From: Saccostrea cucullata
Lineage: Eukaryota
Direction: 5' to 3'
NCBI RefSeq assembly: GCF_032062105.1
Contig: NW_026929981.1
Location: 124,001-188,000 of the forward strand
DNA: 64,000 nt
In this document: positions 13,397 through 26,741 of the stretch, piece after piece
Numbering within the stretch: the stretch's first letter is position 1
Layout: each line of letters opens with the position of its first letter
Program-made: the position numbers and the translations under genes
Notes under the pieces: model-generated
Told to the model about the DNA's origin: nothing
What the model saw: only the letters and a program-made list of their open reading frames with translations
Database searches by the model: none

Positions 13397-14629
13397 ATGC
13401 TACCTCTACTTTTTGTATCTCTTTTACTCTTCGGTGTTTCGCAGGCCCAGGTTTTTGGTTTAGGGAAGTGTGCTCAGGTGAAAACACAGGAAACTCTCGA
13501 TTTGAACAAGGTGAGACTAAATGTTTTCGATTCTATTTATTTTTAAATAAAAGTCTATTTGACCAAACTTTCCAAGGATGTCAAGAACTTGTAGTTAAGC
13601 AATTATGTCTTTTCATTCGAATCTTTTTTTCAATGTTTACAACTTTGTTTTATGAATCCTATTTTCGTTTGCAGTACCTGGGAACTTGGTATGAAATATA
13701 TAAATTTAAGGCCAATTTTGAGGGAAATCAGAAATGTGTCTCAGCAAACTATCAACTCAAATCAGACGGGCATATTCGAGTCGATAATATAGGATATGAG
13801 TAAGTTGAAGTTATTTTTTAGATACAGCCATCGTAACTTAATCTCAAAAATTAGTAAGCGAATTTTATTCTGTCACAAAGTGCTTCAGGTGTCGTTTACT
13901 AGAACTAAAGTGTTAAACAATAGACCATTTCAAAAACAGGAACTCTAAATGATTATCAATATTGCTTACTTTATGTAACATTCAAAAGGTGTCGTGATGA
14001 AAACTTCTTACATAAAATAGAACTGTTTCCCTAATCAGAAATGGACAAAAGAAAGAAGCTGTTGGTGATGGATACATTCCAGACCCAAACTATCCATCGA
14101 GACTTGGTGTTAGATTTTCAAATTGTAAGCATTTGTATATAGACAAAGTCTATCAAAGTCCATTTTAATTTTCATTTTGTTTTGTACTTATTTTAAATAA
14201 TTATTTAGATCTTTTACTTCCTCTATTGCATAAAAACATAGATTTTAAGTTTAGAAAATATTTTATGAAAGTAAAAGAGTATGAAAGAAAAATAATTACA
14301 AAATCGCAGTCTGAAATGCATGAAATGAAAATTTCAACGAGACAAGAGATAAAACATTTTCATTATACCTATACATCAGTAAAGTCTTTTATATTTTCTT
14401 TTCAGTGGCTCCATATGGAAGATACTGGGTCCTAGATACTGATTACACAACCCATACAATGATCTACTCCTGCAGCGATATTCTAGGAATTTTCCATATT
14501 TCATATGCCTGGATCTTAAGTCGTGAGAGAACACTGGATGAATCCGTGAAAAACAGACTTTTTGCCAAGGCCGAGTCCTTCGGCATCGACACATCAAAGT
14601 TCTTAAAAGAAGATCAAACTGGATGCTAA
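13397..14629 (+). CDS. ApoD: Apolipoprotein D-like lipocalin 1 (182 aa), 4 coding exons
   Basis: Exons 13397-13510, 13675-13799, 14039-14124, 14406-14629 (114+125+86+224 nt, GT-AG). Signal peptide MLPLLFVSLLLFGVSQA. Lipocalin motifs YLGTWYEI, LDTDY, AWILSR; four Cys in the ApoD pattern; ends DQTGC*. AATAAA at 14687. Confidence 0.93.
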
Positions 14630-17579
14630 GAGTCATTAATTGTTAAGGTCCTTTTTTATTACTTTTTTTAATATATTTTGTTTACAAATAAATTTTTATA
14701 AAACAAAAACAGTTTTCATATTTGTCTGGTTTACAAAAATACAGCAATGGGTTTAATTAATCATGATGAAATGAAATATTGCATGAAGTACACAGTGACC
14801 CTGAAAGAATGGGTTTGTGCTAAATAAAGAGATGTCAAAATTTAACCTAGAAATCTAAAATTTGTTCATTCAGTAATGAAATTGACAATCTTGGGCTTGC
14901 CAAATCGAGGTACAAAAAAGACAATTACTTGTATGGAGATTCTGCTTACATTGCTGAAACTCCAAAGTCTTTAAGAAGGAAAAAATCATGCATCAACATA
15001 CTTTAATTTGCTGTCTAAATTACATGTAAACCATAAGGATTAAAATTAGATTGCCTTTTTATGGTAAATTTATTTATTGGTTTGATATTTACTGAAGATT
15101 GACAGATTTTTTTTTTCATTTAACAGTACCTATTTAATAATAATAAACTTTTCCTATTTAAAACTGTAAGCATATTGTGTTGTATTTCATGGAACAAAAC
15201 AGTTTTGGTGCAAAATTTAAAATACAGGAATGTATTTTTAAAACGTTATTATACGATTGCATTAAAGTGAATATTGTGTACAGATTCTTTACATTGCCTT
15301 ATGCACATTGCGGGCCATCCAATATTTTTGCCAAAAAATATTATACTTTAGAAACCAGGGCTATCTTATATTTATTGATTTAATATTAATATCTGATGAC
15401 TTTTTTTTTGATCAGGAATTTTTGTTAGATAGAAGGCCTCCCATCTGAAAGTAATATCATACACACATCCCTAATCTGAAATTTTCCTTAGGGGCCTGTT
15501 ATACCATACTGTTATATTAAATTGATCAAAAGAAAAAATTAATTCGTCAAAATGTTAAGATTTTGGCAAAAGATGTAGAAGCTCTCAACAGATTCTGTTC
15601 AACGAAAGAAACACAACATTGTTTTTGTTTTTTAAAGATTTCAATATATGATTGCTGGATGTGCAGCATCCCTTTTATTTGATTAAAAAATAGAGACATA
15701 ATTGGAGAAAAATTGAGAACACATTTTTTTCTATTGATTTTATTCATAATTAACACCGTCACAATGGAAATGATTTAGTTACCTTTTTAAAGATAAAACA
15801 TTTGATGACATACTACTCTCAGTATTTGCTTGCTACAATATACATCGAATCAACTTTTGTGCACATTTAATCTAACATAACCTGATTCACCTAGTTAGTT
15901 ATTTTTCTCCCTTCGTATTTTTTAATATCAATGAGTAAGACATTCTGTAGTCTTTTGTGTATTAAAAAATAATATTAGTTAAATTATTAAGACTTATACA
16001 TGTATCTATAAAATGCATTTTAGGAATTTACATCAAAATCATAATTTGTAATCACATTAATTCACTTTCAAATTCATGTTCTTTCCCCTGGAAAAAAAGA
16101 TAGATCCTAGTACTTCTTAAGATCCAAATGAGAAAAATATGGAAGAAATGTGACACATTTATTTATCCCACAACGTATGGGTTCTCTCTTTTATCATGTC
16201 AATACCCCTTATTATCAGAACACCTGTACCTGTCATATAGTCATATAATACATGTAAGTCATGTTTCAAGAAATTCCTGACAGTATTGGAGAAAAGTTTA
16301 AATAAATGATGCCATGGACATCGTCATTTTTTTAAGCGTGGATTGAATACATAATTGATAAACTTTCAGTTCAGTTTTGATATCCTATCATTCCATTTTA
16401 CGTGCATTTTTTTTATTGATTCTTCTGATTTTTTTTCTATTTTGATTTCGCTAGTCTTTGGGTAATGACTTTATATCTTATTTCTAATTTTTAAGGGAAC
16501 AAATTATGAAGATAGCAAGGTGATACAGTTTGTTATAATAATATACCAATGGTTTTTGAGCCCTGAAGGTAACCATCATGTGGACACACAAAAGATTTCT
16601 TTCAGCTGGTAGCCAAAAAGAAAAGTTTTAAGTTATAATGTACGAGTATTTACATTATGTACTTATATCATTTTAAAAGTATATACATGTAATACTATAT
16701 AAATGTATATTTCTCAGGTTTAGGTACAAGTTTGGATATTAATATTGATGTTGTAAATTACAAAAAGAACTTTTTCTTGATCGTTCGGTATCGTTCTCAA
16801 AGAATGATTAAAAAGGATGTTAAGTTTCACTTTAGTTTAATGTTTTAAATACTGATGCTTTTATGACTTTTATTTACTCTAAACATAAATAAAATGAAAG
16901 CAATTCCTATTTGAATGGGATGTATAAAAAAAACAGTATTGGGTTTATCCGAAGACACAAGCACATGGCATGAATTGTCTCTAATTAAATCAATTATTGT
17001 AAAACAAAAATGCTATGATAGGTGACACGGTATTCATAAGGTTTTGGCTTAATGATGATGTGTCTTCAAAGTGAAGAATACACAAAGGTAGAAATCAGAA
17101 ATGTCAAATTTCATCATAATGCTTACTGTAAAAGATAAACAGGTTGTAGAGTAGGGTTTCCCATACAGAAATCCCACACCAGATTCAGTTTTCCAAGGGA
17201 AAATCCTACTCTGTGAAATAGTTTTAGTGTGCGATGTCTCTCATAGCTAATTTTTCCTTAATAATAAATGAGTGTAGAGGTGAGAATTGTCATAAATATG
17301 TGTCTACATTATGTACGTACGTAGAATGAAAATGTTGAATTTTGAATTTCACTCTTTCATTAATTGTCGAACTGGTTTCTGAAAAAAAATAATGGTACAA
17401 TGAAATCATGGCCAAATCATAAACTGTATCTTTGGAAACAAAAAAAGATTGTTATTTCAAAAATTAATGTTTTTTTAAGTTGTTTTTAAAACTAAATGGT
17501 AAGACTTTTCTTTTACATTAAATTATATCTATGGATTTTCGATTTTCGATTGCCTAATCATTTCAAGAATCACATGAAG

Positions 17580-17700
17580 AATGTGACGGGGGTTAACAGG
17601 GGTTAGTTATTCTTCATGGTACCGGATACCATCTCAGGTGTTTTAAGAGGTCTTTGTTTGCTTTGAACCAAATTTGCATAATTTCAATGGCCTCTGGCTA
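17580..17700 (+). mobile_element. Highly decayed Penelope-like tail fragment
   Basis: GTGACGGGGGTTAACAGGGG..TCTTCATGGTACCGGATACCATCTCAGGTGTTTTAAGAGGTCTTTGTTTGCT resembles the family tail in sense orientation. Confidence 0.45.
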
Positions 17701-17754
17701 CTTCAGCTTTGTTATCTTCACATGTCATGTGCATTTCATTATTTTTAAATGTAA

Positions 17755-18465
17755 GTGAAAACTATGGAGATAACGAACAGTATTTAAGCCCAAAAGTCCA
17801 CTAAACAAAACAAAGTTGAGGCAGAGCAAACACAGACCTCCATAACATCAGAGGTGGGATCAGGTGCCAAAGAGGAGTGAGCTTTCCCGGACACACCCGC
17901 CGTGTGCTCCTTGTCATGATCGAAAAAATAAAACAAAAATATGTCGACAACTCTGTGTCCAAACAATAACCTAACAATTAATATGAAAAGCGTCAGTCAG
18001 CATTCGACGCCATAGAACTTACGGAATGATGACATTTAACGAGATTGCTGATTTTCATCAACTAGTTTGTTAATAATTTACTGTTTTAGAAATTGTACAT
18101 ACATAAAACATGCTCTTACGTGTCGAATCAACTGAGTTAAATAAACCTTGTTTAGGCGTGCAGGCGACAACTTTAGGTATACTGCTGCATAAGTAAGGGA
18201 AGTTAAAGTCATTCCGTTTATCATAAAGCTTGGTTATTAGATTACCAGAAACATCTTTTTCAAGTAAAATATCCAAATATGAAACAGATGTGTCAGACTT
18301 TATGGTATCTTTTATTTCAAGCTCACAGGGATATATCGTATTGATTTATGAAAGGAAATAACAATTGTTAATTGGAAAATACGTCGTCGATATATCTAAA
18401 TGTAGAGTTAAAGGTCACAGCACGTGTTTTCTTCTTTTCAGGATTCAGATTTTGGACAAATCTTT
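17755..18465 (-). mobile_element. Decayed Penelope-like (Naiad-type) RT 3' fragment
   Basis: ORF 18070-18276 LDILLEKDVSGNLITKLYDKRNDFNFPYLCSSIP matches the RT thumb motif (TKLYDKRDDFNF..NFP..SNIP); family tail at 17760-17925. Confidence 0.75.
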
Positions 18466-20579
18466 GTTAATGATATATTTGTCATTGCTTTTGATGTAAA
18501 ATATTGATCTTTTTTTAAATTGAGAATTTGTAAATGTTTCAGAAAATATTTTGCTCCATGTTTTCCCGTCCCATATTACACTGCTGAGGTTGAGGGGACA
18601 AACTTATGTCTAAGCTTGCGAAAGCGTGTTTCTCGCATTTTTTTTATTACGGCGTCCACCTTTTTTCCCTGTGAAAGACTTCTTGTTTCACGTACATGTA
18701 ATCACAAAATATTATGTAGTATCTTTCAATACCATTTTAACTTTTTCACTTTTGTGAACAAAAAATATCCATAGCATAAAAGATACCGTATCAAAATATT
18801 TTATTCTTATTATTAATTGAAAGTCTCTTCCTTGAAATAAATTTAAACATCAGATACAAGTTATTATCGAAAACAAATCAGTAAATACATTATAAATGAT
18901 ACAGAACAATTTCAGTAACAAGAGAGACAACTCTATAAAATAGTAATGCAATAAAGAAATTATTAAAAAAAACAAGTTTTAATGATATGTCGGACAAAAT
19001 GGATGTAGCTAATACATAATTTTGCATTTATATTTGTTATTCATAAAGATAATGTGGATTTATTTGTCTCTGGTTTTAAGAAATGATATACTCATGCAAA
19101 AGCTTTAGAGATGCAGCATTATAATTATTAAAGCTACATCTGTGGCAAAGTGTAATTTTTATAAACCTGAATTGTTTATTTGGATGTTAAATTCATTTTG
19201 CATTTTTTATAAATATTTAAAGAAATTGAAGATATACAAATTGGAAAAAATACTTTTGAATACGGTTTTTAAGTGTGTAAATTCAAATAAAATTAAAGAA
19301 ATTTAAACAAATTGGTATTCCTTCTGAATATATTAACTGTGAAATTATCTTTTTAAGCATCTGAATACTAATCAGCAACTAATCATCAATTTGATATTCA
19401 CATTAAATGTCAATTTATAGGTCTCTAACATTCAAACTCAAAACTCTACATCTCCTTAATAATCAATATATACATATATACATCTAATATTTCTCATTTA
19501 TTATTGCAGACTTCGGGTTTCGCAAGATACTGTAAGATAAAAAAGCAAACAAACAAAACAAAAAACAAAAAAACAAACAACAACAAACAAAACAAAGAAA
19601 ACATTAAATTATTTTAAATACAAAGTGTGACCGGCATTTATCAAGTAAAAGTGTGGGACGTCTTTCAATGTCAAGAAAATTCCACATGCACTTACCCTAT
19701 TCAAAAAATACTTCAAAAAATTATACATAGTTTTTTTTTTTGAAAACAATATGAAAACAAGTTCAAACTATATTTTTATTTCCAATTTTTTGAGAACATA
19801 ATTATGTTTGGAGTTTCTTATCAATTATATTGGAAAATGATAATTCCTGAAATACATTGTAAATACATGTATACGGTATTGTTAACATTTATAAAGTTCG
19901 GTGTCGGAATACCTGTCCATCTATCCAAGGATTTTTGAATATATTTAATTCTTATTTTAAAGCTTTGAAGTACTCTGTAAAAGATGATAAAAACTAACAG
20001 ATTATAACACTTTCTGGACGAGATGGGTTCTTAATTTTAATTATTTCACTTTTTTATTATTATTATTACTATTATCAATTTTTGGGGTAACGACTAAAAT
20101 GTTACTAGTAAATCCCTCAAAACGTCACCGTTGTATTCTCTATTTCTCCCTTCTTTCTTCCTTCCTTTCTTTCTTTTTTTCTTATGGTAAGGTTAAACGA
20201 AATTGGATATGTTTTAGGACACGATATGTAAAGATAGAGCTTTCCTCTCTCACTTAATCTCTCTCTCTCATTCTTAATAAACTTTTACACTGGATTTGAA
20301 TAAGTTTTAAATAAAATTAGTTCTTTTCTGATTCTGTTTTTGTAACACATATTTATACAGAAATTTGAACATGTGTGAAAGTTTCAATTAAAAAAAATGA
20401 CAGAAAGTAAATATCTTAAACTGTGCGCAGTGGGGCTTGAAATTTGTAGGGTTAATATAAAGGTTAATCTATTCCTCAAATAGCCATAGCTTTAAACTGC
20501 CCATAAAGCAAAATAAACGTTGTTGAAATACCCGGTAAGGCAAAGTCTCACATCTTCTCTTGTTTACACTGGGTATTAC

Positions 20580-20628
20580 TCACGTGCATTGTCACGTTTT
20601 GTGAAGTGAGATCGTATTTATATAAATA
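20580..20628 (+). promoter_or_regulatory. ApoD-2 proximal promoter: E-box CACGTG block plus TATA
   Basis: TCACGTGcattgTCACgtttTGTGAaGT followed by TATATAAATA about 75 nt before the ATG. Confidence 0.55.
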
Positions 20629-20698
20629 CCCCATATCATCCTTGCCCAGTCCAATTTATTATTACATGTACTAATGCACAGGCTTTCAAATCATTAAC

Positions 20699-22505
20699 AT
20701 GCTGCTGTTACTGTTTGTATCGGTGATTTTATTTGATATATCTTACGCTCAAGTCTATGGTTTTGGGAGATGTGCTAAGGTGAAAACCCAGGAAACATTT
20801 GATCTTTCTAGGGTGAGTATTATTTTAATTTGCCTTTTTTTTTTAAAGAGCAAGGTTCACCTTTGCCTTTTTTGGCCCTGTGAATTTCTGAAAAACTGAA
20901 ACTGCTTAGTTTTAGTTAACAATGCATTGAATATAACTTAAATCTTTGGTGATTGCGTATCTATCAAAAATGAAATAATTTTCCGGCTAGTCAATGCATT
21001 GTGACGTCACTAAATGCGTCAATTTCCTCATATTCGGAAAAGTCTACAAATACAGCCAATTCCTAAAGCTATTTTTCGGTATTTGATATAGAGCGCAATC
21101 TCTGATCTTAAATATGCAACTAGTAAATGATAGAACTGATTCTAAGGATTAAAAGAAATGTTTTATTTTTTAGATCAGAGAGTGTGCTCATATTATTATG
21201 AAAATTAATATAAACTAATAAAATTTCTTTCTTCACTGAAAGTACTCAAATATACCTGTTTACCTTAAAATTCAAGAACATTGCAATTTCATAAAGTCAG
21301 TTCTCTAAGACCTGGACTTTTAGGAGAAAATTTTTAATAGGAGGTGAAACCACTAAGTCTATTTTATTTTAATGCTTGAAATGAAACATCAAGTGGTAAT
21401 CAACCAGTTGGTATATCTACAGGGCCATTTTATGCATAATATGAACCGAGCTCTTTTTCAAAATTGATGACAAAGGCTGATAAAATAAAGGTCTTTTGCA
21501 GAGATATGTATTAAGCATAATTTTTTTGTCTTTTTCTTATGGAACATTATTTTTTTATTTGTAGTATCTTGGAAATTGGTATGAAATATATAAATTCAAA
21601 GCAAACTTTGAGGGAAATGCCAAATGTATATCGGCAAATTACCAGCTAAAATCCAATGGACATATCAGAGTCTATAATTCAGGAATTGAGTGAGTTTCTG
21701 TTCTTTCAGTATTCTTGCTATACTAAGAAAATTATAGACACGAATTCAAGGAAAATCATATACAATGTACAGAAATGTATTTTTGGTAAAATATTTGTGA
21801 AATATACATTCTTGGCTTTAAAATAATACAAATTGAAACAGAATATTCAAAACAACAAAATATTCATGCTTCTCGTTCAGAAATGGAAAAATCAGAGACG
21901 CCATTGGGGATGCGTACATACCTGACCAAACATATCCAGCAAGACTAGGCGTTAAATTCTCCAGCTGTAAGTTGCTGTTGAAGGATATTTAGAAATAATT
22001 TTTAAAGCTTAAATACAGATCAAAAAATAAATATTGTTTACCAAGTTATATTGCAGTCCTTGCACTTAAAAATTTATTGGATGGATATTTGTAGATATTT
22101 GCAGATTTCATTGATACTCGGAATACTTTTTGTCTTTCTTAAAGAAATCTTATCTAACATATAAATGAAAAATTGCGAGAAAAAAAAATAAGCGTCATCA
22201 TTTAAAATATAAGTATATAAACAAATAATCTGGCACTTGAAAGTTTAAGTTTCATGCATGTGATTTTTACAGGGGCTCCATACGGAAGATACTGGATCCT
22301 AGACACTGACTATACAACCCATACATTGATTTATTCCTGCACGGACATTTTGGGGATCTTCCACTTCACATATGCCTGGATCTTGGGTCGTGAAAGGACA
22401 ATGGATCAGGCCGTAGTAGACCGACTCTTCAACAAAGCTGCTTCATTTGGCATCGATACCTCAAATTTCTTAAAACAGGATCAAACTGGGTGCACAACGT
22501 CTTAA
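20699..22505 (+). CDS. ApoD: Apolipoprotein D-like lipocalin 2 (185 aa), 4 coding exons
   Basis: Exons 20699-20812, 21565-21689, 21881-21966, 22273-22505; exons 1-3 match copy 1 in size and all intron phases match. Motifs YLGNWYEI, LDTDY, AWILGR, DQTGCTTS*. Confidence 0.93.
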
Positions 22506-23349
22506 GTTTTAATTTCATATTTTGTTAGTTTTTGTTTATGTTTTAATTTTTTAAAATAAAAAATACAAAATTCAATGGATCTCATTTGTGCAACAGAATA
22601 AACGTTTGAAAAGAGAATGAAAAGGGTTGATGAGATTCCATTTTACGATATAATACCTTTTTTGTTATTTTATCGCCACTATATGTCATGTAAAGTTTGA
22701 ATTTACTGAGTAAGGAGCACATAACTCGTAATCATGTAAATTCAAAGTTTACAATATGATACACTCCTGCATTCTCTACTAAAGAGTTTGATCTTACTTG
22801 ATCTTAAAGAACTCCATAAAGACAATAATTACAGAAAGGGATATCATATCACAGTTACTCATTTTTATGCTAATTATTCGTCGAAGTACTTTATGACTCA
22901 AATGTTTTTCACTCTTCATATTTCTTGCTTTACATGTACTTGCTATTCTTGTGCAAAATAGTACAACTGTTACGGGTATCTTCATATTGAGCGTCAGGAC
23001 TAAAAGTTTTGTACTTTACAAATTTAGTATTTTCCAAACTTGATAAATTAAAAAATTTAAAATACACTTTTCTTTGCATCGTCAAAATTTAAATGGAGAT
23101 AAAGAATTAAAAGGTAATAATACGTAGTTCATAAATAACAGTAAAAAGAAAGACAACCCATTCAACTTTCTACTTAACTTTTTAACTAATTAGCTTTCTA
23201 CTACTATTATTTCATATGAACAAGAAATATATTTGAGCATGGCCTACAAAAATCATTAAATAATGTACACATCTCGGTCATTTTTATCATGAAATATGAA
23301 GTTTGTGAACATTAACCATGCTAAAAAGTCTAATGAAACTATACAAATA

Positions 23350-24185
23350 GCCAACAGATCAAATATGAACCTCTGAAATACTAGAAAAGTAAACATTCAT
23401 TGTCGTCTGCCACATGAACCGTGTTTCGTTTGTCATGATCGGGTGAACAGAAAAAAAACCCTTATTCAATGCGGTATGAAAATAACCTAACGTATTGTGT
23501 GATGTTCGTCCTTATCAATTTAATTGTATAGTTGTAACACGTCATTTGATTGGGTAAAAGATTTTATCCATTTTGTATCACATAACTTGTCTACGTCACA
23601 ATGAGTTACGTCAAAAACGTATTATTTTACTCAGCTTGACGTTTCTTTTAAAATATCCTATATTTGAAGGATTTTTCTAATTGTCTACACTGAAATTAAT
23701 ATATAAGGAATGGAGCATATTTCAACTTATGTTATACGATATAACAATACGATATAACAAAACGCTTTTTTTATAAACTGCTTCGCAGTTTATTAAGTGT
23801 TAACTGCCCCAAGTTATATCGTATAACAAAAGTTGAAAAAAGCTTCATTCCTTAGATAAAACAGTAAATCGTATTTGCAAACTGAGACATGAGTCTACCA
23901 TAGAAATACAAAATGTTGATTATAAAACTGATGTAGATACACTTGCATCATCAACCTTTTTATCAGTTTTTATCAGTAGTTTTCTCGTCTACAAATTGTT
24001 TGTACGATGGCCATGCTTTCGCGTATCGAATCAAGCTTGAGATATTATGGTATCATTACTGCATAATTAAGTGATGTTGAAGAAAAAATAGAAGTCATCA
24101 TTTTTTTTTTAAAGAATTTAGTCGTTATGATTTTTTTTCTCCAGAAAAATAAAAAAGAAGGAGATATGTCAAACTCTGTTGTGTT
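23350..24185 (-). mobile_element. Decayed Penelope-like fragment split by a later insertion
   Basis: Tail relic ~23355-23450 and body ~23865-24180 flank an intervening segment that includes the 23704-23854 foldback. Confidence 0.5.
23704..23854. mobile_element. Small foldback/MITE with ~42-bp imperfect TIR
   Basis: TAAGGAATGGAGCATATTTCAACTTATGTTATACGATATAAC ... GTTATATCGTATAACAAAAGTTGAAAAAAGCTTCATTCCTTA. Confidence 0.65.
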
Positions 24186-24789
24186 TTATGATAAGAGTTC
24201 CTTAAAACAGCATAATCATTTAATCATTTAATGAATATTGTTATTTTTTTCCAAGGTAATTGTAAGAAAATAAGGAAGAGACAGATATGTTCTTTCCATT
24301 TGTTTATTAGGGGGTTATTGTTTTTCGCTAACATTAATACATAAACCATACATGTATTTTTGAAAAGAAGAGTACTAGTATATGAAAAAAATATAGTGTC
24401 TAGCTAACATAGTACTCCAGCTCTATTTTTGACATCATTGACAGAGGCTTTTTTAAGTTTCATAAACCCTCTGCTCACTCATGTTGCTTGAACTTCAATG
24501 ATTTTCCAAAAGAAATGTATTTTATAAGTAAAAAAATACAAACAATTATAGCATAGCTTGCGGGGCAAAATTGGACAAAAAAGACACTTCAACTTGGCAA
24601 ATTTATAAAGGAATAATAGACATTTATGTCATTAAGAGTTATCTCTCATATCAGAGTATCGATGAACCTTAAATAAAAATGAAACTCGTAAATTTACTTA
24701 CCTTGTCATTAGTCATTTGCAAAATTACATCTTTAAAAACAATTTTATTGTGCACACAAGTACTCTGATGTTGATATTAGAAAAAGCTA

Positions 24790-25155
24790 GAGTATATATA
24801 TGTCGTTCTTGGAGACAGCAATCTATTGGAATTCCTAAGGGTACTAATTGCGCCCTGTTATGAGTAGTCCTATTTTTTCATTTGAAGCAGAATTTGTTCA
24901 AAATCGTTTATGTAAAAGAAAAAGAAACATTTGCTGTGGCCTTCAACTCGACATTTATATCGATAATGTAATGTATAGTTATTTCCATTCTTATTCTTAT
25001 CAATAAGTCATTGATGTGTTTACATGGCAGGGGATGCTGACTCCTGCATGGCACCTGATCCCACCTCTGATGTTTTAAAGGTCCGTGTTTGCTCCGCTCC
25101 TATTTTGAAATGTTAAATGGACTTTTAACTCGAATACTGTTCCTTATCTCCATAT
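24790..25155 (+). mobile_element. Internally deleted Penelope-like fragment
   Basis: CAGCAATCTATTGGAATTCCTAAGGGTACTAATTGCGCC = QQSIGIP(K/M)GTNCA, RT motif; then EAEFVQ; joined directly to the family tail (GGGGATGCTGACTCCT..GGCACCTGATCCCACCTCTGATG). Confidence 0.7.
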
Positions 25156-25735
25156 ATTTTAAGTTATGTATTCAGATAAAGAAATGAACGTTTAGTTACA
25201 ATAACTTAAATCTCTGTCCTAAAAATACTAAAATTAAAATATAGTAATCTAAAGTTTACGAAAGACAGCTGTAATAAATAAAAGATAAGTATTTTTGCTT
25301 TTATAAATAAAAGTTTCTACATCAATTAGTGAATTAAACTAAATAAATGTACTATATATCACAAATTACAACTGTTTGATTCTGCACATATGAACTTGCA
25401 GCTAGTTGTTTTGTGTAAGTGCTGCAAATTCCAATATATGTAATTATATGTAAATGATTGAGAGCAGAAAAATTAGAAATTGGTTGATTGAAGTTGTACT
25501 TTTGTATCTGCTTCTTTTAAGACCTGCTTCCGACGCCCATGACCCTGGTAATGATAAATAAAAACTTTTTTTACCGTACACTCAAATTCATAGTAATGTT
25601 TGTGCTTAATTAACATTTGTTTATTCATTTAACATAAAATATGTTAAGACACGTGTATACAATTAAGAGATTTTATATTATATCTTCTTATTAAGTCAAC
25701 ATCATATGATTATCCGTTAGGATATTCTTTCTTTC

Positions 25736-25925
25736 CACGTGATAGAAGGACATTAATTTATATAAACTACTTATCTACTTACTTGTATATAAGGTGATGT
25801 AAGTTTCATTTTGTACTGAGAGATGTTTTCGTACTTTTATAAAAACATTACTGTAATTTATTCTGTTGTAGCTTTCCAGGCTCAGATTTTAAGTTTGGAA
25901 ATGATAACAATCCGGAAATTTTAGG
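25736..25925 (+). pseudogene. Possible relic of an ApoD promoter plus exon 1
   Basis: CACGTG (25736), then TTTATATAAA (~25757), then ATG (25823) with a short ORF containing VVAFQAQILSL, resembling ApoD-1 VSQAQVFGLG and ApoD-3 RTQVFSLG. No downstream ApoD exons seen. Confidence 0.35.
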
Positions 25926-26588
25926 TTAAAGAAAATTAGATTTAACTTTTTAACCTTTTTCTTTTCTAGCATCAAATTTTTTATCTACATGCTTTTTTAT
26001 AATTGGAACAGCTTTTTGTCAAATAAATTTGCTGGGCGCAGATTGCATTTGTAGAATATCTTCTAGAAAAGAAATGTATACACAGCAATAAAAAACATAC
26101 AATATTTTTTCTTTTAGTTCAAAATGATGGTTTACTTACCCGAAAAGTACAATATTTACTGAACTGAATGATATGCATATGGTAAATATCGTTCTTCTTG
26201 GTTCGCGTATAATGATATTAACCTATAAATAAACAGCATTGATTGTTTTATGATATATGATATAAAATCGTCGAAAGAACCTTTCCATCTCTTATTTTTC
26301 ATTTATTGAGGACTTGATGTTCAAATGCTGAAATGGCTGAAAATGAATATAGTAAATTAATTTTGTTGAATTTTTTTACTTTCATTTTTTTTCTTTTTTC
26401 TTTGTTCGATGTATAAAAATTAATTGTTTCTTATATTTATGAATGTATTTTTGAAAAAAATATTGATATTTGTTGAATAAATTAACATATTACCTTTTTT
26501 GACAAATTATGGAAAAAGACGAAGTTAACAAAAAGAGATCGATCTTAAAACAAATTTACAAAAGATGCATATGTGATACTTTGGTGAA

Positions 26589-26741
26589 TACAGTCTGATT
26601 AAAATCAAACCTTCACTAGCTCCTTCTTATTTTGTTTGTCGCGTGACGCACGCGACAAACAAAATAAAAAGGAGCTAGTGAACGTTTGAGACAAACAAAA
26701 TAAAAAGGAGCTAGTGAAGGTTTGGTTTTAATCAGACTGTA
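26589..26741. mobile_element. Palindromic MITE with internal 36-bp duplication
   Basis: TACAGTCTGATTAAAA.CAAACCTTCACTAGCTCCTT...GTCGCG folds back on itself. GTGAA flanks both ends (26584, 26742). The right arm has GACAAACAAAATAAAAAGGAGCTAGTGAA twice (26654, 26690). Confidence 0.75.

Noticed and set aside
13378-13803. 141-aa ORF as a single-exon gene
   Set aside because: It runs out of frame through ApoD-1 exon 1 and intron 1, and is only in frame for exon 2.
20840-21270. Full MITE in ApoD-2 intron 1
   Set aside because: Only a short internal inverted pair (~21086-21192) is clear; termini and TSD could not be fixed, although an insertion likely explains the longer intron.
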